This document shows positions 1 through 10,698 of a stretch of DNA of 64,000 nt, piece by piece (position 1 is the stretch's first letter; the number at the start of each line of letters is the position of its first letter). Source of the DNA: Promethearchaeia archaeon (GTDB taxonomy: Archaea; Asgardarchaeota; Lokiarchaeia; Sigyniarchaeales; SOKP01); contig JAHQWG010000028.1 of NCBI GenBank assembly GCA_029856045.1, positions 320,730 through 384,729 on the forward strand, given 5' to 3'. A program made the position numbers and the translations under genes. The notes below the pieces were generated by a model that was not told the DNA's origin, did no database searches, and was given only the letters and a program-made list of their open reading frames with translations.

Positions 1-1890
1 TTTAGAAATAATGATTTAGATTTCCCGATAATTGTTAGTCCGAATCTAGGGATTCCTTGTTTTTTAAAATATGGTAATAAAAGAAAAAAGAGAGATTATT
101 CTTTCAATTTATTAGTAATCACAAAAAAAATTGAATCTAGTGCTATCTTAAAAACATCTCTAGAAGAAGCAATACAAATCATCCCTCTTAAAAGATTGAA
201 AATTGAGAAAGAATCTAAAGATAATTCCCTAAAAAATATTGCTATTCGAGGCATTCCAATAGATTTAAAACTTGATAAAATCGAGAACACCGATATCCTA
301 CCAATAAATCGGGTAGCTTTTCTTGAAGATCAGTATTATTTGAATCCTCAGGATTATCTTATTAAATTTAAGACATTTGGAAATTTGAATAAATTTTTTA
401 AAGTATCTGTATCATTTGCAGAAAATTCTGAGGTAAAGACTATCTTAAAACATCAAAATTTTATAATGTTCGATATCGTTCATAAAATCTCAGATAAATT
501 AAACCGAATAAATTATCATTCACTTGTGTTAACTAAACAAGATTGGAAAAATTTTACGTTTGTTCAAGCGACAGATATTCATCTCGCCAAAAGAAATGAC
601 CTAATTTTAGAAAAATTAAAGACAGATATATCAAAAAGAGTTTCGACTAAAATTAGAGATTTAATTAACGGATTAAATAAAAAAGAGATTACACCAATAG
701 AAAATAGATTAATAAATCCAAATAATCAACTTAGAAAATTTATAAAAATCATAAATAAAAAAGTCCAAAAAAACCAAATTGACTTTTTAGTTTTTACAGG
801 AGATATTATAGACTTCTGTTTAATTAGTGCAATTGAAAAATTAGAAGATATGACGGATTTCAACTTTCCAAATACAAACTGGAAGATTTTTCAAGATATA
901 ATTTTAAACAGAATAGATTATAATAAACCTGGGATGATAACCGGTGAAGAATTACTCTGTCCTATCTTCACTATTCCTGGAAATCATGATTTCCGCTTGG
1001 GACATTATGATTTAAGATGGGGATTTATGTATAGAAAATTAGGATTAGTATTATCAGAAGCAATAATGTTATACGATGAATGGGTTGCAGACCCAATAAG
1101 AGCACTAACTCCCTTAAGAAAATGCTTGATTAATTATTGGCAAGAAATTAATCCGGCTTTAGATTATATCATAACTTTAGGCAATAACCACTTTATTTTT
1201 ATGAACTCAGGGTATGATTCTGGCAAAGATTTTCGAGATTTCATTACGGGATTTCCATCATCAACTGGTATGACAGATGCTCAAATAAAACTTTTAGAGA
1301 ATTTCTTAAATTATAAATTTAAAGGAAATGAAAATATATTTCTTTTTACACATGGACCAATAATTAATCCCATAAAAAAGATAAAATTTATTCAAAAACT
1401 GAAAAAAAAGATAAATGTAGATACTTTTCTTAATTTTGAGGAATTAAAAGAATCAAATTTAGCCAAAAAGGGAATCCCAGAGGATAAAAGAAATATTGAT
1501 GATAAAATAAATCTCAAGTATGGAACTATTACTAATAACTGGCAAGAAATGATAAATTTTTGTAAAGATTTCTGTTTAATAGCGTTATGTGGGCATACGC
1601 ACACCTTAAGAGAGTTTAGATTACAAAATCCGATTAAAAAAAGTAAAGTATTCAAATCCGTTCCATTCAATTTGATAAAAATTGAAAATCCTGCAGCAGT
1701 ATTTTTCGATGATTATTCAGAGTTATTAAAAAATCAAAAAGATATATGGAATAAGAAACCTTTTTTGTTTCAGACGCCCGCTTTGGGTTTAGGTTCTTAC
1801 AAACATCCTACTATAGGTGGGGCATATAGAATAATTAAAATAAAAAAAGAAAAGATAGATTCTTTCAGGGTAAAATTTATACCAAAATGA
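1..1890 (+). CDS. Calcineurin-like metallophosphoesterase (5' end probably outside the window)
   Basis: Motifs TDIH, TGDIID, PGNHD, FTHG and GHTH. The frame is open from base 1 to the listed TTG at 196. Confidence 0.8.
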   Translation, partial: FRNNDLDFPIIVSPNLGIPCFLKYGNKRKKRDYSFNLLVITKKIESSAILKTSLEEAIQIIPLKRLKIEKESKDNSLKNIAIRGIPIDLKLDKIENTDILPINRVAFLEDQYYLNPQDYLIKFKTFGNLNKFFKVSVSFAENSEVKTILKHQNFIMFDIVHKISDKLNRINYHSLVLTKQDWKNFTFVQATDIHLAKRNDLILEKLKTDISKRVSTKIRDLINGLNKKEITPIENRLINPNNQLRKFIKIINKKVQKNQIDFLVFTGDIIDFCLISAIEKLEDMTDFNFPNTNWKIFQDIILNRIDYNKPGMITGEELLCPIFTIPGNHDFRLGHYDLRWGFMYRKLGLVLSEAIMLYDEWVADPIRALTPLRKCLINYWQEINPALDYIITLGNNHFIFMNSGYDSGKDFRDFITGFPSSTGMTDAQIKLLENFLNYKFKGNENIFLFTHGPIINPIKKIKFIQKLKKKINVDTFLNFEELKESNLAKKGIPEDKRNIDDKINLKYGTITNNWQEMINFCKDFCLIALCGHTHTLREFRLQNPIKKSKVFKSVPFNLIKIENPAAVFFDDYSELLKNQKDIWNKKPFLFQTPALGLGSYKHPTIGGAYRIIKIKKEKIDSFRVKFIPK

Positions 1891-1976
1891 ATTAAATAAA
1901 CTTATTAACCTAATAAGGAGTTCATGAAAATAAATTCAAATATTTTGAAAAAGAATAATATAAATAGATTTGAAAC

Positions 1977-3227
1977 ATGGAATTCGATATTTCTAATTAT
2001 TTGATTAATTTTTCACTTAAAAAAAATTTAGATAGCTTTCTTGATGATTCCCAGAAAACTCAAGTTGATGCTTTCAAAATAAAAAATAAATCGATAAAAA
2101 AGTATATTAATGAATTTTGGACATCAAAACAGAGACAAGCATCATCTATTCATGAAATTTCATATAGAGCTTGTTTTAAAGCACAACTTCCAAGATTTTT
2201 TATAAAACTATTAACGAAGCCAAATCATATTATTTATGATCCTTTTAGTGGTCGGGGTACAACCATAATTGAAGCGGGTTTACTAAACAGAAATGTAATT
2301 TCCAATGATATTAATCCTTTAAGTGAAATTTTAACACGACCGAGATTAAATATTCCCTCTATTGATGATATCAAAGATAGATTAGACAATATTCCGTTAA
2401 ATTTGGAATTCGAAAATGAAATTGATTTATCCATGTTTTATCACGAAAAAACAAAGAGGGAAATACTTTCTTTGAAAACTTATCTTTATAAAAGAAAAAT
2501 AGGAAATAAAGAGGATGATATTGATAGATGGATTCGAATGGTTACTACTAATAGATTAACTGGACATTCTAAAGGTTTCTTTTCTGTATATACTTTACCT
2601 CCAAATCAAGCGGTTTCACAAGAAAGACAAATTAAAATAAATAGAAAACATCGTCAAAAACCAGAGTACAGAGATGTGAAAAAAAGAATTATAAAAAAAT
2701 CAATCTCTTTACTACGAAACCTAACTATGCAACAAAAAAAAAAATTAAGAGAAATTTCTAAAAATGCAATATTTTTAACGAAAGATGCAAGAAATACACC
2801 AGAAATTAAAAAGAATTTGGTTCAATTAACGGTTACATCTCCCCCTTTTCTAAAAGTAGTGCAATATTCAAAGGATAATTGGTTAAGATGTTGGTTCAAT
2901 TCAATAGATGCAGAAGAAATATCTAAAAAAATTACAATGGAATCTGATGTTAATAGATGGTCAAAGATGATGGGTAATGTTTTTAAAGAATTATATAGAA
3001 TCACCAAAATAAATGGATGGGTTGCATTTGAAGTGGGAGAAGTCCAGAAAGGAAAAATTAAATTAGAAGAATATATTGTTCCTGAGGGATTAAATGCAGG
3101 ATTTATCTCTAAAGGAATTGTCATTAATGAACAGGAATTTACTAAAACATCTAATATTTGGGGTATAAAAAATAAAGAATCAGGGACTAATACAAATCGA
3201 ATTGTGTTATTTAAAAAAGAGAGCTAA
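1977..3227 (+). CDS. Orphan amino-DNA methyltransferase (N4-C/N6-A)
   Basis: Motif I DPFSGRGTT precedes motif IV-like TSPPF. No adjacent restriction endonuclease was recognised. Confidence 0.8.
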   Translation: MEFDISNYLINFSLKKNLDSFLDDSQKTQVDAFKIKNKSIKKYINEFWTSKQRQASSIHEISYRACFKAQLPRFFIKLLTKPNHIIYDPFSGRGTTIIEAGLLNRNVISNDINPLSEILTRPRLNIPSIDDIKDRLDNIPLNLEFENEIDLSMFYHEKTKREILSLKTYLYKRKIGNKEDDIDRWIRMVTTNRLTGHSKGFFSVYTLPPNQAVSQERQIKINRKHRQKPEYRDVKKRIIKKSISLLRNLTMQQKKKLREISKNAIFLTKDARNTPEIKKNLVQLTVTSPPFLKVVQYSKDNWLRCWFNSIDAEEISKKITMESDVNRWSKMMGNVFKELYRITKINGWVAFEVGEVQKGKIKLEEYIVPEGLNAGFISKGIVINEQEFTKTSNIWGIKNKESGTNTNRIVLFKKES

Positions 3228-3267
3228 AAAAAAAATTTGGTTATTAAAGAATTAATTATTTCTTAAA

Positions 3268-4749
3268 TTATTCCATTTCCTCTTCATTCAAATTCTCTTC
3301 TTCTTGTTCTTCTTCTATAGAGTCCTTTTCTTCATTTATTTTCTCTGTCTCTACTTTTTCTTCTTGAAAGCGTTTTTCTTCAACTTGAACTTTTTTAGGT
3401 TCAGTTTCTAATGGTTTTAGTCCTTTAATTTTTAATTTTTTCACTTGTAAAAAGTCTTGGAATTCTTTATCTCCTATCTTATTTATATCAAGTGCTTCAT
3501 TATCCTCTAAATATTTTTTGAAATCACTTACAATCAAAATTACTTCTTCCTGGTTATAACGTTTTCTCATTATTAACCCTTTCCTTTCTAAGACATATTC
3601 AGAATACCATATAAAAAAGAACACGGTAATAATTAACATTAAAAAATTACTAATTAAATTAACTTGATTGCGATCTGTAAAAAATCCTGGTAATGAACCT
3701 CCTCCTGTAATCATTATAATCTGGCCTTCAATATATAAAAATGTAAAAGCAAAAAGGAAAAAAGGCATATTATTGACATTGAATATTCGAGAGGTATAGA
3801 CTTTATCACCCAATCCTTTTAGAACCAAAATAGCTGTAGCTACCATTAATAATACGTCAAGAATTGCCATAATAACATCCGTACCTGTCGGTTGAGTTGC
3901 ACCACGTAATGCATTTGTGAAACTGAATACTCTATACCAAATAATGAGCCAAATAAAAATGTAAAACATAGAAGAAAATACATTAGGGGTTTCATTCTTT
4001 TTACTTCTTAAATGAAGATTAATTAAGCGCCATGATGTTATACCAATAATAATAAAGACGACAACATTCCAACCAATATATAAATATAAATTATCAAGAG
4101 GATCTCCTTGATTTACTGGCGCAAAATATGACCAAAATCCATAAAAAGTGCCAATTTGCATTAAGATAGGCGCAGCGAGTCCTAAAATTAAAAAGGCTAT
4201 TGCGATATATTCTTTTCTTTCAGATAATTCAAATTTTGTAAGAACTTTATTATTTATCTTAATAGATAAATCTTCAAATCCTACTTTGAGAAAAAATATT
4301 TGAATAATGTTCCATCCAAAATAAATTATAATGAAAATAGTTGGTAGAATTAAATCCCATCCCAAGAATTGTATGGATGATTGAGTAGAATGGCCTAATA
4401 GAAAGTATACTAGTATTATAACAAAACTTATTCCAAATGCAATTAAGAAACCAAAGATTTTATTCCTATCAAATCTTTTGTCTGTAGAAAATAAAAAATC
4501 ATTCAATTTCGGTATTAATCCAAAAAACATTAGAAATATAAAAGCTAATGAAATTGTTGTTGCTAAAAATAAAATTAGATCCCCCCAATTGGGAATTAAG
4601 CTTATTAAGGCAATCAAAATTGCAGAAATGAAGAAAATTATTGTATATAATAAATGGCTTTCATTAAAGATTCTATAAAAATATTTATCTAAAAGTTCTT
4701 GAACTTTAATTATAAATTTACTTTTGGGTTTTGGTTTTTCTTCTTCCAA
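3268..4749 (-). CDS. Polytopic membrane protein with an acidic C-terminal tail
   Basis: About 10 hydrophobic segments and an E/K-rich tail. Confidence 0.7.
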   Translation of the reverse strand: MEEEKPKPKSKFIIKVQELLDKYFYRIFNESHLLYTIIFFISAILIALISLIPNWGDLILFLATTISLAFIFLMFFGLIPKLNDFLFSTDKRFDRNKIFGFLIAFGISFVIILVYFLLGHSTQSSIQFLGWDLILPTIFIIIYFGWNIIQIFFLKVGFEDLSIKINNKVLTKFELSERKEYIAIAFLILGLAAPILMQIGTFYGFWSYFAPVNQGDPLDNLYLYIGWNVVVFIIIGITSWRLINLHLRSKKNETPNVFSSMFYIFIWLIIWYRVFSFTNALRGATQPTGTDVIMAILDVLLMVATAILVLKGLGDKVYTSRIFNVNNMPFFLFAFTFLYIEGQIIMITGGGSLPGFFTDRNQVNLISNFLMLIITVFFFIWYSEYVLERKGLIMRKRYNQEEVILIVSDFKKYLEDNEALDINKIGDKEFQDFLQVKKLKIKGLKPLETEPKKVQVEEKRFQEEKVETEKINEEKDSIEEEQEEENLNEEEME

Positions 4750-4857
4750 AATTAACCATCTTCTTTTTATTTATTTAAATTAATATAATAAATTCAAAAT
4801 GTTATATAAAAATAGTTAAGCAATTTTAATATAAAAATTATTGAGATTTCCAAAGAA

Positions 4858-6282
4858 ATGTTCTTAAAAAATAGAGACATATTATTGAACGAGAATATTC
4901 CACAGAAAGAACTAGAATTAAGAATAGTGCTTATCGACGCTTTAGAAAGAGCTTTAGATGCAGTAAAGCCAAAAATTTTAATTACGAGAGCCGTAGTTAT
5001 TGATAAAAACCAACTCAAAATCCATAATTTATCTTTAGATTTAACAAAATTTAGGAGATGTATCATAATCGGTGGCGGAAAAGCATCTGGTGCTATGGCA
5101 GTAGAGTTGGAAAACATTTTAATTTCATATGGGAAAATTCCATTTAATGGAATCATTAATATCCCAAAAGGATTAGAACTTGATAACAAATATTTCTCTG
5201 GTAGAATAAAATTAAACTTTGCATCTCATCCCATTCCTGATGATGCTGGTATAAATGGAGTTAAAAATATGATGGATTTAATCCGAAATACTTCTAATAA
5301 TGATTTAATTTTCTGTCTAATTTCCGGTGGGGGTTCAGCATTATTACCTTTACCAATGAAAGGATTAACTTTAGAAGATTTAAAAGATGTGAATTCATTA
5401 TTATTAGCTTCTGGTGCCAGTATTGAAGAAATTAATGCGATAAGAAAGCATCTGTCTGCTTTTAAAGGCGGTCGATTAGCTAAAGCTGCAAATAAAAAGG
5501 GGCAACCAACAATAATTTCACTGATAATTTCCGATGTGATTGGAAATCGTCTAGATACAATTGCTTCAGGACCTACAGTTCCAGATCAAACAACCTACGA
5601 AGATGCAATAAATTATTTAAAAAAATATCAGTTATTTTATAATATCCCAGAAAGTGTAAGAAAATTTTTATTATCAGGATATAAGAAGGAGATTCCTGAG
5701 ACACCTAAAAAAGGAGATCCATGTTTTCTTAAAGTTCATAATTTCATAATAGGAAGTGTAGAAAATGCTGCAAAAGCCGCAGAAAATTATTTGAAGCAAA
5801 ATAATATAGAGGTTAGATATATTCAAGAAAAAATCAAGGGAGAAGCCAGAGATTATGGGGCAAATTTATTTAAAATTATTTCACAATTCATAGAAGAAAA
5901 TGCAAAAAAAGCGAAAACTGATAAATTTGCCTTAATTGGAACTGGCGAATTAACTGTTACGATAAAAGGGGATGGTACTGGTGGTAGAAATCAAGAGATG
6001 CTTTTAAATTTTCTTAATTCAATTAAAAATAAAGAAATTGATTACAATTTTTTAATCCTGGCAGTAAATCTTGATGGTATAGAAGGAAATAGCAAAGCTA
6101 TGGGTGCAATTATTGATAATTATACGATAAGTAAGTATAGAAATATGAATTTAGATTTATCAATATTCCTTGAAAATAACGATTCAAATACATTTTTTAA
6201 AATGTTAAAGGATGAAATTATTACTGGTTATACTGGCATAAATGTGAATGATCTGACGATAGGAATCTTATCTTTTAATTGA
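4858..6282 (+). CDS. gck: Glycerate 2-kinase, MOFRL family
   Basis: GGGKAS, ASHPIPD, LISGGGSAL, INAIRKHLSAFKGGRLA, IASGPT, GGRNQE, TGINVND. Confidence 0.9.
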   Translation: MFLKNRDILLNENIPQKELELRIVLIDALERALDAVKPKILITRAVVIDKNQLKIHNLSLDLTKFRRCIIIGGGKASGAMAVELENILISYGKIPFNGIINIPKGLELDNKYFSGRIKLNFASHPIPDDAGINGVKNMMDLIRNTSNNDLIFCLISGGGSALLPLPMKGLTLEDLKDVNSLLLASGASIEEINAIRKHLSAFKGGRLAKAANKKGQPTIISLIISDVIGNRLDTIASGPTVPDQTTYEDAINYLKKYQLFYNIPESVRKFLLSGYKKEIPETPKKGDPCFLKVHNFIIGSVENAAKAAENYLKQNNIEVRYIQEKIKGEARDYGANLFKIISQFIEENAKKAKTDKFALIGTGELTVTIKGDGTGGRNQEMLLNFLNSIKNKEIDYNFLILAVNLDGIEGNSKAMGAIIDNYTISKYRNMNLDLSIFLENNDSNTFFKMLKDEIITGYTGINVNDLTIGILSFN

Positions 6283-6411
6283 ATAATTTTTATGATAAAA
6301 AGGAGCTTGTTAAATGATTTAGATAATTTTTTTTATAATAAAAAACCAAAGATAGCATAATTATATGTTAAATTTTATTATCTATCTTCTATAAAATTGA
6401 ATAAAAAAATA

Positions 6412-6505
6412 CTTCAGGGGGGATAATTTTTTTGTTAAAATAGGATTAGTATTATCTATCCGGTGATAGATTTTTTTATTTTGGTTGAGTACCTCCCCCC
6501 TGGAG
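6412..6505 (+). ncRNA. Candidate structured RNA / long hairpin
   Basis: Three nested helices: 6412-6423 with 6494-6505, 6434-6445 with 6474-6485, and 6454-6460 with 6465-6471 (loop CGGT). The G.U pairs work only on the + strand. Confidence 0.4.
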
Positions 6506-6613
6506 CCCCCCAACATCGCGTGGATTTAAAATGAGTATGAAGTGATTAGATATGATTGGGATATGTTTGGATTCCATCTTTTTCAATAGAAGTATATTTC
6601 CTTTTTTATACAT
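6476..6613 (-). CDS. Unannotated 45-aa small ORF (MYKKGNILLLKKMESKHIPIISNHFILILNPRDVGGLQGGGTQPK)
   Basis: ATG preceded by GGGAGGTG (SD-like). A BRE/TATA-like box lies upstream at 6775-6798. Confidence 0.4.
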   Translation of the reverse strand: MYKKGNILLLKKMESKHIPIISNHFILILNPRDVGGLQGGGTQPK

Positions 6614-6774
6614 CCCTACACCTCCCAATAGAGCCACTCTGGATTTATTGATTAACCTTTAGAATGGAAATTATTTATTTTTTAAAATTTCAGAAAAATA
6701 TTTTATTTTTTTACCGATTATGTAAAATTTTTACTTTTTTTTTTAAATTTGTTTACCTAATTAATACTTGGATC

Positions 6775-6798
6775 ACATATTTAAACTTTTTGTTATAA
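6775..6798 (-). promoter_or_regulatory. BRE-TATA-like promoter, copy 1 of an exact 24-bp inverted repeat
   Basis: The minus strand reads TTATAACAAAAAGTTTAAATATGT, identical to 10699-10722 (+). Confidence 0.55.
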
Positions 6799-6970
6799 TA
6801 AAAGAAAAAGTAATTGTAAAAAAAGAAAATTATTCTTATTTATTAAATAATTCTTATAAAGAAATTTAAAATACAGTAAAATTATGTATTTAATAATTCT
6901 GTGCTTCTACCCAATTGTTATGAAAAAAAGTGAGTAAATTGAATTAATAATACCTTTTTCAAAGAATATA

Positions 6971-7417
6971 TTATTTTTTAGTAAAAAAATTTTCAATCTC
7001 AGGTTTAAATTCTTGGAATTTATCAATAATAGTAAAATTCTCATTATTATATCTCTGTATAAATTGTTTTAGTATAAGTTCCAACTTAACTTTGACTTTT
7101 TCAACTTGTTTATCAATATTTTTCTTTTTATCACATATAGCATATGCAAGAATGTTTTCTACAGTATTGAAATCTCCCGCTTGAATTGTTCCAGTAATAA
7201 AAATAAAAAGAATATCGCCTGATTCAAGATATTCTAAAGCAGAACCTTGAAATGCTTTTTCTACAAATTGTGTTATAGCAGAAATAAATGATGATCTAAG
7301 GTCCTTATGAACTTCCTTTTTTGTTTTTACCGAGATGTTTTTAATGATATAATTTACAATCGTAAATCCACGAAATATTATACCAGCTTCATATAATTCT
7401 TTCAAATTATTAACCAT
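6971..7417 (-). CDS. Longin-like domain protein
   Basis: 148 aa with pattern beta-beta-helix (DLRSSFISAITQF), three strands, then helices (LELILKQFIQRY...FQEFKPEI), typical of Asgard longin-like proteins. Confidence 0.6.
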   Translation of the reverse strand: MVNNLKELYEAGIIFRGFTIVNYIIKNISVKTKKEVHKDLRSSFISAITQFVEKAFQGSALEYLESGDILFIFITGTIQAGDFNTVENILAYAICDKKKNIDKQVEKVKVKLELILKQFIQRYNNENFTIIDKFQEFKPEIENFFTKK

Positions 7418-7617
7418 TCATTACTTTAATTTGTTATAAACATTAACTACTTTGAATAAAATTTTCTCGAATTTAAAATATGAGCCATTACTACATATTT
7501 ATCTAATTATATTAATAAATATAAAGGCAAATTTATAAGGAAAAACATTCTTACCTTTGTTAAGTATTACAATTATAATTAAAAATCAAATATAGAGTAA
7601 GAATTTGAGAGAATTTT

Positions 7618-8622
7618 ATGCTTGTTGATGAAATTAACATAAAATTAGTCATTTTGGGTGTTGGAAGTGTTGGAAAAACTTCAATAGTAAAATCATTTTT
7701 AGATCAAGAGATTCCAAGAATGTATATTCCAACAATTGGAAGCAGTATTGCAAGGAAGGAATTTATATTAAAAAATATTGCAATTAAAATTAATATTTGG
7801 GATATTGGTGGTCAAAAATCCTTTAATCCTTTAAACCCAGTATTTTTTACTAATGTTGATGCAGCTTTTTTAGTGTTTGATTTAACTCAACCAAAAGAAA
7901 CATTACCTAGATTAGAAATTGATTATTTAGCAAATTTGTCAAAATATACCAATAAATGTATTGCATTTGTAATTGGAAATAAATTAGATTTAATTTCAAC
8001 TAAGGAAGAACTAGAGAATATTGCAAATTATTATAAAATAAAAAATGTTCCATTAATTCTAACTTCTGCTAAAACTCAAGAAAACCTACTTGAAGCATTT
8101 AATTTAATCATATTTAACTTTTTGAAGGAATGGGAGAAAGGACTTAAATCTAAACAATTTCAGGGAATATCAAATGAATTCTTGAACTTAATTAACAAAA
8201 CTGAAAATCAGCTAAAAGATTTATTTGTAAATTTAGATAAGGTAGACTCAATTATGATTTCAAGTAAATCATTACCTCAATTAACTAAAAAAAAAATTTC
8301 ATCTTCTACCCCTAATTTAGATTCTGGAATTGAATTAATTGATTATGGAAGATATAAGAAAAAAATTGAAGAATTTAATAAAATAAAAGATCATATTACT
8401 GATTCATTTGATAATAAATTAACCATTATAAAAGATGTAATTTCAAGTTTAAAAACAACTCCAATAGATTCACTTATTGATACAATTGACAAAACAATGA
8501 AACAATTAAATGATATTAAAAAAGATTTTGAATTTAACTTAGATTCCTTATTGAGTTTAGAAAAAAGTGAACAAAATGTGAAAGAAGTAAAGAAAGAACT
8601 TAAAGAAACTGGAGGCGAATAA
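7618..8622 (+). CDS. Rab/Ras-like small GTPase with a C-terminal helical/coiled-coil extension
   Basis: G1 GVGSVGKT, G2 PTIG, G3 WDIGGQ, G4 NKLD, G5 TSAK, followed by a ~160-aa helical tail. Confidence 0.9.
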   Translation: MLVDEINIKLVILGVGSVGKTSIVKSFLDQEIPRMYIPTIGSSIARKEFILKNIAIKINIWDIGGQKSFNPLNPVFFTNVDAAFLVFDLTQPKETLPRLEIDYLANLSKYTNKCIAFVIGNKLDLISTKEELENIANYYKIKNVPLILTSAKTQENLLEAFNLIIFNFLKEWEKGLKSKQFQGISNEFLNLINKTENQLKDLFVNLDKVDSIMISSKSLPQLTKKKISSSTPNLDSGIELIDYGRYKKKIEEFNKIKDHITDSFDNKLTIIKDVISSLKTTPIDSLIDTIDKTMKQLNDIKKDFEFNLDSLLSLEKSEQNVKEVKKELKETGGE

Positions 8623-8648
8623 AGATTCCAAAAGAGAAAAAAGATAAA

Positions 8649-9215
8649 ATGGAGCAGATAGAAAGCACAAATGAAATTACAATGGATGAGATTGAAGAAT
8701 TAGATGAACAACTTATTAATATTGAGAATTGGGTAAAATTTTTTGATGGAGAGATAAAAACTATAAAAAATGATGTCAGTAATATTCGAGAGCAAATAAA
8801 AACTCAAGAAAAAACTATAAAAAATGATGTCAGTAATATTCGAGAGCAAATAAAAACTCAAGAAGAAATAATCAATAGTAAATTTAAAGAATTTTCTGAG
8901 CAATATTTAATTGATAAAAAAAATATGACAGCAAAATTACAAGAAATTGAAAGTGAATATGATACAATGAAAATTTCCTTGGCAATAAATGAAAAACACC
9001 TATTGGAAAGGTTAAAATCGATGATAAGTGCCGAGATAGACATGGCTGTTAAAGGTAAGGAGCAGGAATTACTTATGAATTTGTGGATTGATGAATTAAA
9101 TCAGATTATTTCGGATTTTGAAAAATTAAAGAGCATGCATCCAAAGGAATTTTCACTTCGGATTAATGAAATATCAAAAACAGTTGAGATATTTAAACAA
9201 AATCTTAAAAAATAG
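8649..9215 (+). CDS. Coiled-coil protein
   Basis: Heptad-like E/K/I/L pattern and an internal 18-aa duplication. Confidence 0.7.
   Translation: MEQIESTNEITMDEIEELDEQLINIENWVKFFDGEIKTIKNDVSNIREQIKTQEKTIKNDVSNIREQIKTQEEIINSKFKEFSEQYLIDKKNMTAKLQEIESEYDTMKISLAINEKHLLERLKSMISAEIDMAVKGKEQELLMNLWIDELNQIISDFEKLKSMHPKEFSLRINEISKTVEIFKQNLKK
8757..8864 (+). repeat. Perfect 54-bp tandem duplication (2 copies, in frame)
   Basis: 8757-8810 is identical to 8811-8864; both encode KTIKNDVSNIREQIKTQE. Confidence 0.95.
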
Positions 9216-9360
9216 AATTTATATTCCTGCTTTTTACAAAGTTAATCTAAGTTAATTTCCTTTTAATTAAATTTATTGCATTTATTCAATTATTCTAAAT
9301 TATAAATGCCTCGTCTAAATAAATATAAATAAATTCGCTCAATATTTTTTGTTATAACCA

Positions 9361-10593
9361 ATGATTGATCAAAATTTTATTGAATTTTTAATACCAATAT
9401 TAGTCTCTTTATTCTGTGGTTTTATTATTGGAATTGAACGAACAAGAGTATCTGCACAATATGGTGCTAGAGATCATATATTTTTTTCAATAATATCTAC
9501 TACAATTATTATTCTATATGATAAATTTTTGCAAGATCTAGGTTTTTATATTCTTATTATTATTTTTGGAGGAATGATTGTATTTTTATTAATTGGTACT
9601 TTTTATCGATTATTTAGAACTGATGACCCAGGATATACGACAACATTATCTATGCTTTTGGCAATGGTTGTTGGAATCGTTAGTTATTATAATTCTTATC
9701 TTGCTATAACTATTTCAGTTATATTTTTAATAATCCTTTCTACTAAAAAGCAATTCTATAAAATACAAAAGTTAAAAGATATTGAATGGACAGGAACTGT
9801 TGAATTTTTAGCAATTATGATATTAACGCTTATACTTTTCCCTCAATATTTAATAATTTATAATATTCAAATTGTTACTATAGTATATGTTTTTCTAACC
9901 ATTTTAGCGATTAAATATTTCTCATATTTTCTTCTTAAATCGTCATCGGAAAAGAATTTATATGTTTTATCGATATTAGGAGGCTTTGCTCATAGTGAAG
10001 CTACTACTAAAGAATTAGCTGAAATTGACGCTCATCCTGCAACTGTTTCATTATTACTTCAGACTATGATCATTAGAATCCTTTTAGTAATAATTCTAAT
10101 CTCATTTGAATTAACCGTTAGATTATTTTACCCATTAATATTAACAACCATAATTGGCATAATTATAAATATATTAATTTTAAGGAAAAAAGAGAAAAAG
10201 TATATTCTTCAAAAAGTGAAGAACCCTCTTTCTTTAAAATCAGCTTTAATTTTTTCTTCTACCTATTTACTTGCGGTGTTCTTAACGATTATATTTAAAA
10301 ATATTCAAATCCCATATCAGTTATATCTCCCAATTGCAATTCTGATGGGATTATTATCTGGTGGTGCAAGTTCATTATTTACATCTACAGCATATATTTC
10401 AGGATTAGTTGAAATTAATTTGGCTATTAATATGATTGTTTTTGGATTATGTGCTACAATATTAAATAAATTATTATATTATTATCGCTTTCAAAAAACA
10501 AGAAGTAAAAAAAATATAATCAATTTAATATTATATTTGTCATTAACAGTAATAATTCTTTTATTTTTCTCATTTACTATAGGTTTTTTATGA
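9361..10593 (+). CDS. MgtC/SapB-family membrane protein with a DUF4010-like C-terminal part
   Basis: GFIIGIER, GARDH, PGYTT, GGFAHSEATT, NPLSLKSALIF. Confidence 0.75.
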   Translation: MIDQNFIEFLIPILVSLFCGFIIGIERTRVSAQYGARDHIFFSIISTTIIILYDKFLQDLGFYILIIIFGGMIVFLLIGTFYRLFRTDDPGYTTTLSMLLAMVVGIVSYYNSYLAITISVIFLIILSTKKQFYKIQKLKDIEWTGTVEFLAIMILTLILFPQYLIIYNIQIVTIVYVFLTILAIKYFSYFLLKSSSEKNLYVLSILGGFAHSEATTKELAEIDAHPATVSLLLQTMIIRILLVIILISFELTVRLFYPLILTTIIGIIINILILRKKEKKYILQKVKNPLSLKSALIFSSTYLLAVFLTIIFKNIQIPYQLYLPIAILMGLLSGGASSLFTSTAYISGLVEINLAINMIVFGLCATILNKLLYYYRFQKTRSKKNIINLILYLSLTVIILLFFSFTIGFL

Positions 10594-10698
10594 TTTCCAG
10601 TTAATTTAGAGCTTGATTTTGAATTTATTATTTTTGTTGTAAAAAAGGATTCAATATCAAGTGTTTTATGTTTGTATTTTTAGATCTAAGAAAAAGTC

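Noticed and set aside
7430-9357. Additional TTGTTATAA copies as operator sites
   Set aside because: An AT-rich 9-mer is expected several times by chance and it also occurs inside coding regions.
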